Assembly: GCA_964016885.1 (NCBI GenBank)
Contig: OZ024742.1
Location: 357,244,001-357,308,000 of the forward strand
Length of the DNA: 64,000 bases
From: Eledone cirrhosa
Lineage: Eukaryota
Reading direction: 5' to 3'
Positions 39,821 through 52,089 of this stretch are shown here, one piece after another. The notes below the pieces were generated by a model. That model worked only from the letters and a program-made list of their open reading frames with translations. It made no database searches and had not been told where the DNA came from. Position 1 is the stretch's first letter. Every line of letters starts with the position of its first letter. The position numbers were made by a program, and so were the translations under genes.

Positions 39821-42800
39821 AGGACACCATGCTAGGGTGGTGGATTGGCAGTACTGGTAGAGGGTTGCAAACCATGCTAGGGTGGTGGATTGGTAGGATT
39901 GGTAGAGGGTAGGGCACCATGCTAGGCTGTTGGATTGGTAGCATTGGTAGAGGGTAGGACACCATGCTAGGGTGGTGGTTTGGCAGTGTTGGTAGAGGGT
40001 CGGACACCATGCTAGGGTGGTGGATGGCAGTGTTGGTAGAGGGTCGGACACCATGCTAGGGTGGTCGATTTGTAGTATTGGTAGAGGGTAGGACACCATC
40101 CTAGGGTGGTGGATTGGTAGTATTGGTAGAGGGTAGGACACAACGCTAGGGTGGTGGATTGGTAGTATTGGTAGAGGGTAGGACACCATGGTAGGGTGGT
40201 GGATTGGTAGTATTGGTAGAGAGTAGGACACCATGTTAGGGTGGTGGATTGGTAGTATTGGTAGAGGGTCGGACACCATGCTAGGCTGGTGGATTGGAAG
40301 TATTGGTAGAGGGCCTGTCACCATGCTAGGGTGGTGGATTGGCAGTAGTGGTAGAGGGTAGGACACCATGCTAGGGTGGTGGATTGGTAGTAGTGGTAGA
40401 GAGTAGGACACCATGTTAGGGTGGTGGATTGGTAGTATTGGTAGAGGGTCGGCCACCGTGCTAGGGTGGTAGATTGGTAGTATTGGTAGAGGGTAGGACA
40501 CAACGCTAGGGTGGTGGATTGGTAGTATTGGTAGAGGGTAGGATACCATGCTAGGGTGGTGGATTGGTAGTATTGGTAGAGAGTAGGACACCATGTTAGG
40601 GTGGTGGATTGGAAGTATTGGTAGAGGGCCTGTCACCATGCTAGGGTGGTGGATTGGTAGTAGTGGTAGAGAGTAGGACACCATGCTAGGGTGGTGGATT
40701 GGTAGTAGTGGTAGAGGGTAGGACACCATGCTAGGGTGGTGGATTGGTAGTAGTGGTAGAGAGTAGGACACCATGCTAGGGTGGTGGATTGGTAGTAGTG
40801 GTAGAGGGTAGGAAACCATGCTAGGATGGTGGATTGGTTGTATTAGTAGAGGGTCGGCCACCGTGCTAGGGTGGTAGATTGGTAGTATTGGTAGAGGGTA
40901 GGACACAACGCTAGGGTGGTGGATTGGTAGTATTGGTAGAGGGTAGGATACCATGCTAGGGTGGTGGATTGGTAGTATTGGTAGAGAGTAGGACACCATG
41001 TTAGGGTGGTGGATTGGTAGTATTGGTAGAGGGTCGGACACCATGCTAGGGTGCTGGATTGGTAGTGTCGGTATAGGGTAGGACACCATGCTAAGGTGGT
41101 GGATTGGCAGTATTGGTAGAGAGTAGGACACCATGCTAGTGTGGTGGATTGGTAGTATTGGTAGAGAGTAGGACACCATGTTAGGGTGGTGGATTGGTAG
41201 TATTGGTAGAGGGTCGGACACCATGCTAGGGTGCTGGATGGGTAGTGTCGGAATAGGGTAGGACACCATGCTAGGGTGGTGGATTGGCAGTATTGGTAGT
41301 GAGTAGGACACCATGCCAGGGTGGTGGATTGGTAGTATTGGTAGAGAGTAGGACACCATGCTAGGGTGGTGGATTGGTAGTATTGGTAGAGAGTAGGACA
41401 CCATGCTAGGGTGGTGGATTGGCAGTATTGGTAGAGGGTTGGACACCATGCTAGGGTGGTGGATTGGTAGTATTGGTAGAGGGTCGGACACCATGCTAGG
41501 GTGGAGACTTGGTAGTATTGGTAGAGTGTAGAACAACATGCTAGGGCGGTGGATTGGCAGTACTGGTAGAGGGTTGGAAACCATGCTAGGGTGGTGGATT
41601 GGCAGTATTGGTAGAAGGTCGGACACCATGCTAGGGTGGTAGTTTGGCAGTGTTGGTAGAGGGTCGGCCACCATGCTAGGGTGGTGGATTGGTAGTATTG
41701 TTAGAGAGTAGGACACCATGTTAGGGTGGTGGATTGGTAGAGTCGGTAGAGAGTAGGACACCATGCTAGGGTGGTGGATTAGTAGTGTTGGTAGAGAGTA
41801 GGACACCATGCTAGGGTGGTGGTTTGGCATTGTTGGTAGAGGGTCGGCCACCATGCTAGGGTGGTGGATTGGTAGTGTTGGTAGAGAGTAGGCCACCATG
41901 CTAGGGTGGTGGTTTGGCAGTATTGGTAGAGGGTAGGACACCATGCTAGGGTGTTGGATTGGTCGTATTGGTAGAGAGTAGGACACCATGCTAGGGTGGT
42001 GGATTGGCAGTATTGGTAGAGGGTTGGACACCGTGCTAGGGTCGTGGTTTGGCAGTATTGGTAGAGGGTCGGACACCATGCTAGGGTGGTGGCTTGGCAG
42101 TGTCGGTAGAGGGTCGGACGCCATGCTAGGGTGGTGGTTTGGTAGTATTGGTAGAGAGTAGGACACCATGCTAGGATGGTGGATTGGTAGTGTCGGTAGA
42201 GGGTCGGACGCCATGCTAGGGTGGTGGATTGGTAGTATCGGTAGAGGATCGGACACCATGCTAGGATGGTGGATTGGTAGTGTCGGAAGAGGGTAGGACA
42301 CCATGCTAGGCTGGTGGATTGGCAGTATTGGTAGTGAGTAGGACACCATGCTAGGGTGGTGGATTGGTAGTTTTGGTATACAGTAGGACACCATGTTAGG
42401 GTGGTGGATTGGTAGTATTGGTAGAGGGTAGGCCACCATGCAAGGGTGGTGGATTGGTAGTATTGGTAGAGAGTAGGACACCATGCTAGGGTGGTGGATT
42501 GGTAGTATTGGTAGAGAGTAGGACACCATGTTAGGGTGGTGGATTTGTAGTATTGGTAGTGAGTAGGACACCATGCTAAAGTGGTGGATTGGTAGTGTCG
42601 GTAGAGGGTAGAACACCATGCTAGGGTGGTAGATTGGCAGTATTGGTAGAGAGTAGGACACCATGCCAGGGTGGTGGATTGGTAGTATTGTTAGAGGGTA
42701 GGACACCATGTTAGGGTCTTGGATTGGTAGTATTGGTAGAGGGTAGGACACCATGTTAGGGTCTTGGATTGGTAGTATTGGTAGAGGGTAGGACACCATG

Positions 42801-45800
42801 TTAGGGTCTTGGATTGGTAGTATTGGTAGAGGGTCGGACACCATGCTAGTGTGGTGGATTGGTAGTGTCGGTAGAGAGTAGGACACCATGCTAGGGTGGT
42901 GGATTGGTAGTATTGGTAGAGGGTAGGACACCATGTTAGGGTCTTGGATTGGTAGTATTGGTAGAGGGTCGGACACCATGCTAGGGTGGTGGATTGGTAG
43001 TGTCGGTAGAGAGTAGGACACCATGCTAGGGTGGTGGATTGGCAGTATTGGTAGAGAGTAGGACACCATGCTAGGGTGGTGGATTGGTAGTATTGTTAGA
43101 GAGTAGGACACCATTTTAGGGTGGTGGATTGGTAGTATTGGTAGAGAGTAGGACACCATGTTAGGGTGGTGGATTGGTAGTATTGGAAGAGGGTAGGACA
43201 CCATGCTAGGGTGGTGGATTGGCAGTATTAGTAGAGAGTAGGACACCATGCTAGGGTGGTGGATTGGCAGTATTGGTAGAGGGTCGGACACCATGCTAGG
43301 GTGGTGTTTTGGTAGTATTGGTAGAGAGTAGGACACCATGCTAGGGTGGTGAATTGGCAGTATTGGTAGAGAGTAGGACACCATGCTAGGGTGGTGGATT
43401 GGCAGTATTGGTAGAGGGTCGGACACCATGCTAGGGTGGTGGATTGGCAGTATTGGTAGAGAGTAGGACACCATGCTAGGGTGGTGGATTGGCAGTATTG
43501 GTAGAGAGTAGGACACCATGCAAGGGTGGTGGATTGGCAGTATTGGTAGAGATTAGGACACCATGCTAGGGTGGCGGATTGGCAGTATTGGTAGAGAGTA
43601 GGACACCATGCTAGGGTGGTGGATTGGTAGTATTGGTAGAGGGTAGGACACCATGCTAGGGTGGTGGATTGGCAGTACTGGTAGAGGGTTGCAAACCATG
43701 CTAGGGTGGTGGATTGGTAGGATTGGTAGAGGGTAGGGCACCATGCTAGGCTGTTGGATTGGTAGGATTGGTAGAGGGTAGGACACCATGCTAGGGTGGT
43801 GGTTTGGCAGTGTTGGTAGAGGGTCGGACACCATGCTAGAGTGGTGGTTTGGCAGTGTTGGTAGAGGGTCGGACACCATGCTAGGGTGGTGGATTTGTAG
43901 TATTGGTAGAGGGTAGGACACCATCCTAGGGTGGTGGATTGGAAGTATTGGTAGAGGGCCTGACACCATGCCAGGGTGGTGGATTGGTAGTATTGGTAGA
44001 GAGTAGGACACCATGCTAGGGTGGTGGATTGGCAGTATTGGTAGAGAGTAGGACACCATGCTAGGGTGGTGGATTGGCAGTATTGGTAGAGGGTCGGACA
44101 CCATGCTAGGGTGGTGGATTGGCAGTATTGGTAGAGAGTAGGACACCATGCTAGGATGGTGGATTGGCAGTATTCGTAGAGAGTAGGACACCATGCTAGG
44201 GTGGTGGATTGGCAGTATTGGTAGAGAGTAGGACACCATGCTAGGGTGGCGGATTGGCAGTATTGGTAGAGAGTAGGACACCATGCTAGGGTGGTGGATT
44301 CGTAGTATTGGTAGAGGGTAGGACACCATGCTAGGGTGGTGGATTGGCAGTACTGGTAGAGGGTTGCAAACCATGCTAGGGTGGTGGATTGGTAGGATTG
44401 GTAGAGGGTAGGGCACCATGCTAGGCTGTTGGATTGGTAGGATTGGTAGAGGGTAGGACACCATGCTAGGGTGGTGGTTTGGCAGTGTTGATAGAGGGTC
44501 GGACACCATGCTAGGGTGGTGGTTTGGCAGTGTTGGTAGAGGGTCGGACACCATGCTAGGGTGGTCGATTTGTAGTATTGGTAGAGTTTAGGACACCATG
44601 CTAGGGTGGTGGATTGGTAGTAGTGGTAGAGGGTCGGCGACCATGTTAGGGTGGTGGATTGGCAGTATTGGTAGAGGGTAGGAAACCATGCTAGGATGGT
44701 GGATTGGTTGTATTAGTAGAGGGTCGGCCACCATGCTAGGGTGGTAGATTGGTAGTATTGGTAGAGGGTAGGACACCATGCTAGGGTGGTGGATTGGTAG
44801 TATTGGTAGAGGGTAGGACACCTTGCTAGGGTGGTGGATTGGTAGTATTGGTAGAGAGTAGGACACCATGTTAGGGTGGTGGATTGGTAGTATTGGTAGA
44901 GGGTCGGACACCATGCTAGGGTGCTGGATTGGTAGTGTCGGTATAGGGTAGGACACCATGCTAGGGTGGTGGATTGGCAGTATTGGTAGAGAGTAGGACA
45001 CCATGCTAGTGTGGTGGATTGGTAGTATTGGTAGAGAGTAGGACACCATGTTAGGGTGGTGGATTGGTAGTATTGGTAGAGGGTCGGACACCATGCTAGG
45101 TTGCTGGATGGGTAGTGTCGGTATTGGGTAGGACACCATGCTAGGGTGGTGGATTGGCAGTATTGGTAGTGAGTAGGACACCATGCCAGGGTGGTGGATT
45201 GGCAGTATTGGTAGAGGGTAGGACACCATGCTAGGGTGGTGGATTGGTAGTATTGGTAGAGAGTAGGACACCATGCTAGGGTGGTGGATTGGCAGTATTG
45301 GTAGAGGGTTGGACACCATGCTAGGGTGGTGGATTGGTAGTATTGGTAGAGGGTCGGACACCATGCTAGGGTGGTGACTTGGTAGTATTGGTAGTGGGTT
45401 GGACACCATGCTAGGGTGGTGTATTGCTAGTATTGTCAGAGGGTTGGACACCCTGCTAGGGTGGTGGATTGGTAGTGTCGGTAGAGAGTAGGACACCATG
45501 CGAGTGTGGTGGATTGGTAGTATTGGTAGAGTGTAGAACAACATGCTAGGGCGGTGGATTGCAGTGTCAGTAGAGGGTCGGACACCATGCTAGGGTGGTG
45601 GATTGGCAGTACTGGTAGAGGGTTGGAAACCATGCTAGGGTGGTGGATTGTCAGTATTGGTAGAGGGTCGGACACCATGCTAGGATGGTAGATTGGCAGT
45701 GTTGGTAGAGGGTCTGCCACCATGCTAGGGTGGTGGATTGGTAGTATTGTTAGAGAGTAGGACACCATGTTAGGGTGGTGGATTGGTAGAGTCGGTAGAG

Positions 45801-48800
45801 AGTAGGACACCATGCTAGGGTGGTGGATTAGTAGTGTTGGTAGAGAGTAGGACACCATGCTAGGGTGGTGGATTGGCAGTACTGGTAGAGGGATGGAAAC
45901 CATGCTAGGGTGGTGGATTGGCAGTATTGGTAGAGAGTCGGACACCATGCTAGGGTGGTGGTTTGGCATTGTTGGTAGAGGGTCGGCCACCATGCTAGGG
46001 TGGTGGATTGGTAGTGTTGGTAGAGAGTAGGCCACCATGCTAGGGTGGTGGTTTGGCAGTATTGGTAGAGGATAGGACACCATGCTAGGGTGGTGGATTG
46101 GTCGTATTGGTAGAGAGTAGGACACCATGCTAGGGTGGTGGATTGGCAGTATTGGTAGAGGGTTGGACACCATGCTAGGGTCGTGGTTTGGCAGTATTGG
46201 TAGAGGGTCGGACACCATGCTAGGGTGGTGGCTTGGCAGTGTCGGTAGAGGGTCGGACGCCATGCTAGGGTGGTGGTTTTGTAGTATTGGTAGAGAGTAT
46301 GACACCATGCTAGGGTGGTGGATTGGTAGTATTGGTAGAGGGTAGGACACCATGCTAGGGTGGTGGATTGGTAGTATTGGTAGAGAGTAGGACACCATGT
46401 TAGCGTGGTGGATTGGTAGTATTGGTAGAGGGTCGGACACCATGCTAGGGTGGTGGATTGGTAGTGTCGGAAGAGTGTAGGACACCATGCTAGGCTGGTG
46501 GATTGGCAGTATTGGTAGAGAGTAGGACACCATGCTAGGGTGGTGGATTGGTAGTTTTGGTATACAGTAGGACACCATGTTAGGGTGGTGGATTGGTAGT
46601 ATTGGTAGAGGGTAGGACACCATGCAAGGGTGGTGGATTGGTAGTATTGGTAGAGAGTAGGACACCATGTTAGGGTGGTGGATTGGCAGTATTGGTAGAG
46701 GGTAGGACACCATGCTAGGGTGGTGGATTGGTAGTATTGGTAGAGAGTAGGACACCATGTTAGGGTGGTGGATTTGTAGTATTGGTAGTGAGTAGGACAC
46801 CATGCTAAAGTGGTGGATTGGTAGTGTCGGTAGAGGGTAGGACACCATGCTAGGCTGGTGGATTGGCAGTATTGTTAGAGAGTAGGACACCATGCTAGGG
46901 TGGTGGATTGGTAGTTTTGGTATACAGTAGGACACCATGTTAGGGTGGTGGATTGGTAGTATTGGTAGAGGGTAGGACACCATGCCAGGGTGGTGGATTG
47001 GTAGTATTGGTAGAGTGTAGGACACCATGCTAGGGTGGTGGATTGGTAGTATTGGTAGAGGGTCGGACACCATGCTAGGGTGGTGGATTGGTAGTGTCGG
47101 TAGAGGGTAGGACACCATGCTAGGGTGGTGGATTGGCAGTTTTGGTAGAGAGTAGGACACCATGCTAGGGTGGTGGATTGGTAGTATTGGTAGAGAGTAG
47201 GGCACCATGTTAGGGTGGTGGATTGGTAGTATTGGTAGAGCGTAGGACACCATGCAAGGGTGGTGGATTGGTAGTATTGGTAGAGGGTAGGACACCATGC
47301 TAGGGTGGTGGATTGGTAGTATTGGTAGAGAGTAGGACACCATGCTAGGGTGGTGGATTGGTAGTGCCGGTAGAGGGTAGAACACCATGCTAGGGTGGTA
47401 GATTGGCAGTATTGTTAGAGAGTAGGACACCATGCTAGCGTGGTGGATTGGTAGTGTCGGTAGAGAGTAGGACACCAAGCTAGGGGGGTGGATTGGCAGT
47501 ATTGGTAGAGAGTAGCACACCATTCTAGGGTGGTGGATTGGCAGTATTGGTAGAGGTTAGGACACCATGCCAGGGTGGTGGATTGGCAGCATTGGTAGAG
47601 AGTAGGACACCATGCTAGGGTGGTGGATTGGCAGTATTGGTAGAGAGTAGGACACCATGCTAGGGTGGTGGATTGGTAGTATTGGTAGAGGGTAGGACAC
47701 CATGCTAGGGTGGTGGATTGGTAGTATTGGTAGAGGGTAGGACACCATGATAGGGTGGTGGATTGGGAGTATTGGTAGAGAGTAGGACACCATGCTAGGG
47801 TCGTGGATTGGTAGTATTGGTAGAGAGTAGGACCCCATGTTAGGGTGGTGGATTGGTAGTATTTTTAGAGGGTAGGACACCATGCAAGGGTTGTGGATTG
47901 GTAGTATTGGTAGAGAGTAGGACACCATGTTAGGGTGGTGGATTGGCAGTATTGGTAGAGGGTCTGACACCATGCTAGGGTGGTGGTTTGGTAGTATTGG
48001 TAGAGGGTCGGACACCATGCTAGGGTGGTGGCTTGGCAGTGTCGGTAGAGGGTCGGACACCATGCTAGGGTGGTGGTTTGGTAGTATTGGTAGAGGGTAT
48101 GACACCATGCTAGGGTGGTGGATTGGTAGTATTGGTAGATGGTAGGACACCATACTAGAGTGGTGGATTGGTAGTATTGGTAGAGAGTAGGACACCATGC
48201 TAAGGTGGTGGATTGGTAGTGTCGGTAGAGGGTAGGACACCATGATAGGGTGGTGGATTGGGAGTATTGGTAGAGAGTAGGACACCATGCTAGGGTCGTG
48301 GATTGGTAGTATTGGTAGAGTGTAGGACACCATGTTAGGGTGGTGGATTGGTAGTATTGGTAGAGAGTAGGACACCATGTTAGGGTGGTGGATTGGTAGT
48401 ATTGGTAGAGGGTAGGACACCATGCAAGGGTGGTGGATTGGTAGTATTGGTAGAGAGTAGTACACCATGTTAGGGTGGTGGATTGGCAGTATTGGTAGAG
48501 GGTAGGACACCATGTTAGGGTGGTGGATTTGTAGTATTGGTAGAGAGTAGGACACCATGCTAAAGTGGTGGATTGGTAGTGTCGGTAGAGGGTAGAACAC
48601 CATGCTAGGGTGGTAGATTGGGCAGTATTGGTAGAGAGTAGGACACCATGCTAGCGTGGTGGATTGGTATTTTCAGAAGAGAGTAGGACACCATGCTAGC
48701 GTGGTGGATTGGCAGTATTGGTAGGGAGTAGCACACCATTCTAGGGTGGTGGATTGGCAGTGCCGGTAGAGTGTAGGACACCATGCTAGGGTGGTGGATT

Positions 48801-51800
48801 GGCAGTATTGGTAGAGTGTAGGACACCATGCTAGCGTGGTGGATTGGTAGTGTCGGTAGAGAGTAGGACACCATGCTAGGGTGGTTGATTGGCTGTATTG
48901 GTAGAGAGTAGCACACCATTCTAGGGTGGTGGTTTGGCAGTGCCGGTAGAGGGTAGGACACCATGCTAGGTTGGCGGATTGGTATTATTGGTAGAGGGTC
49001 GGCCACCATGCTAGGGTTGTGGATTGGTAATATTGGTAGAGGGTAGGACACCATGCTAGGGTTGTGGATTGGTAATATTGTTAGAGGGTAGGACACCATG
49101 CTAGGGTGGTGGATTGGTATTATTGGTAGAGGGTAGGACAACATGCTTGGGTGGTGGATTGGTATTATTGGTAGAGGGTCGGCCACCATGCTCGGGTTGT
49201 GGATTGGTAATATTGGTAGAGGTTAGGACACCATGCTAGGGTGGTGGATTGGTAGTATTGGTAGAGGGTCGGCGACCATGTTAGGGTGGTGGATTGGCAG
49301 GATTGGTAGAGGGTAGGAATCCATGCTAGGGTGGTGGATTGGTAGTATTGGTAGAGGGTAGGACACCATGCTAGATTGGTGGATTGGTAGTATTGGTAGA
49401 GAGTAGGACACCATGTTAGGGTGGTGGATTGGTAGTATTGGTAGAGGGTCGGACACCATGCTAGGGTGGTGGATTGGTAGTGTTGGTATCGGGTAGGACA
49501 CCATGCTAGGGTGGTGGATTGGCAGTATTCGTAGAGAGTAGGACACCATGCTAGTGTGGTGGATTGGTAGTATTGGTAGAGAGTAGGACACCATGTTAGG
49601 GTGGTGGATTGGCAGTATTGGTAGAGAGTAGGACACCATGCTAGGGTGGTGGATTGGCAGTATTGGTAGAGGGTAGGACACCATGCTAGGGTGGTGGATT
49701 GGCAGTATTGGTAGAGAGTAGGACACCATGTTAGGGTGGTGGATTGGCAGTATGGTAGAGAGTAGGACACCATGCTAGGGTGGTGGATTGGTAGTATTGG
49801 TAGAGAGTAGGACACCATGCTAGGGTGGTGGATTGGCAGTATTGGTAGAGGGTTGGACACCATGCTAGGGTCGTGGTTTGGCAGTATTGGTTGAGGGTCG
49901 GACACCATGCTAGGGTGGTGGCTTGGCAGTGTCGGTAGAGGGTCGGACACCATGCTAGGGTGGTGGTTTGGTAGTATTGGTAGAGGGTATGACATCATGC
50001 TAGGGTGGTGGATTGGTAGTATTGGTAGAGGGTAGGACACCATGCTAGGGTGGTGGATTGGTAGTATTGGTAGAGAGTAGGACACAATGTTAGGGTGGTG
50101 GATTGGTAGTATATATAGAGGGTCGGACACCATGCTAGGGTGGTGGATTGGTAGTGTTGGTAGAGGGTAGGACACCATGATAGGGTGGTGGATTAGCAGT
50201 ATTGGTAGAGAGTAGGACACCATGCGAGTGTGGTGGATTGGTAGTATTGGTAGAGTGTAGAACAACATGCTAGGGCGGTGAATTGGCAGTGTCAGTAGAG
50301 GGTCGGACACCATGCTCGGGTGGTGGTTTGGCAGTGTTACTGGAGGGTCGGACACCATGCTAGGGTGGTGGTTTGACAGTGTCGGTAGAGGGTCGGATAC
50401 CATGCTAGGGTGGTGGATTGGCAGTACTGGTAGAGGGTTGCAAACCATGCTAGCGTGGTGGATTGGCACTATTGGTAGAGGGTCGGACACCATGCTAGGG
50501 TGGTGGTTTGGCAGTGTTGGTAGAGGGTCGGCCACCATGCTAGGGTGGTGGATTGGTAGTATTGGTAGAGGGTAGGACACCATGTTAGGGTGGTGGATTG
50601 GCAGTATTGGTAGAGGGTCGGACACCATGCTAGGGTGGTGGCTTGGCAGTGTCGGTAGAGGTTCGGACACCATGCTAGGGTGGTGGTTTGTTAGTATTGG
50701 TAGAGGGTATGACACCATGCTAGGGTGGTGGATTGGTAGTATTGGTAGAGGGTAGGACACCATGCTAGGGTGGTGGATTGGTAGTATTGGTAGACAGTAG
50801 GACACCATGTTAGGGTGGTGGATTGGCAGTATTGGTAGAGAGTAGAACACCATGCTAGGGTGGTGGATTGGCAGTATTGGTAGAGAGTAGGACACCATGC
50901 TAGGGTGGTGGATTGGCAGTATTGGTAGAGGGTCTGACACCATGCTAGGGTGGTGGATTGGTTGTATTGGTAGAGGGCTGGACACCATGCTAGGGTGGTG
51001 GATTGCTAGTATTGGCAGAGGGTTGGACACCATGCTAGGGTGGTGGATTGGTAGTATTGGTAGAGAGTAGGACACCATGCTAGGGTGGTGGATTGGCAGT
51101 ATTGGTAGAGGGTTGGACACCATGCTAGGGTGGTGGATTGGTAGTATTGTTAGAGGGTCGGACACCATGCTAGGGTGGTGAATTGGTAGTATTGGTAGAG
51201 GGTTGGACACCATGCTAGGGTGGTGGATTGGTAGTATTGTTAGAGGGTCGGACACCATGCTAGGGTGGTGAATTGGTAGTATTGGTAGAGGGTTGGACAC
51301 CATGCTAGGGTGGTGGATTGGTAGTGTCGGTAGAGAGTAGGACACCATGCGAGTGTGGTGGATTGGTAGTATTGGTAGAGTGTAGAACAACATGCTAGGG
51401 CGGTGGATTGGCAGTGTCAGTAGAGGGTCGGACAACATGCTCGGGTGGTGGTTTGCAGTGTCACTAGAGGGTCGGACAACATGCTAGAGTGGTGGTTTGG
51501 CAGTGTCGGTAGAGGGTCGGACAGCATGCTAGGGTGGTGGATTGGCAGTACTGCTAGAGGGTTGGAAACCATGCTAGGGTGGTGGATTGGCAGTATTGGT
51601 AGAGGTTCGGACACCATGCTAGTGTGGTGGTTTGGCAGTGTTGGTAGAAGTTGGCCACAATGCTAGGGTGGTGGATTGGTAGTATTGTTAGAGAGTAGGA
51701 CACCATGTTAGGTTGGTGGATTGGTAGTGTCGGTAGAGAGTAGGACACCATGCTAGGGTGGTGGATTGGTAGTGTTGGTAGAGAGAAGGACACCATGCTA

Positions 51801-52089
51801 GGGTGGTGGTTTGGCAGTACTGGTAGAGGGATGGAAACCATGCTAGGGTGGTGGATTGGCAGTATTGATAGAGGGTCGGACACCATGCTAGGGTGGTGGT
51901 TTGGCAGTGTTGGTAGAGGGTCGGCCACCATGCTAGGGTGGTGGATTGGTAGTCTTGGTAGAGAGTAGGACACCATGCTAGGGTGGTGGATTGGTAGTGT
52001 CGGTAGAGAGTAGGACACCATGCTAGGGTGGTGGATTGGCAGTATTGGTAGAGGGTAGGACACCATGCTAGGGTGGTGGTTTGGCGGTG

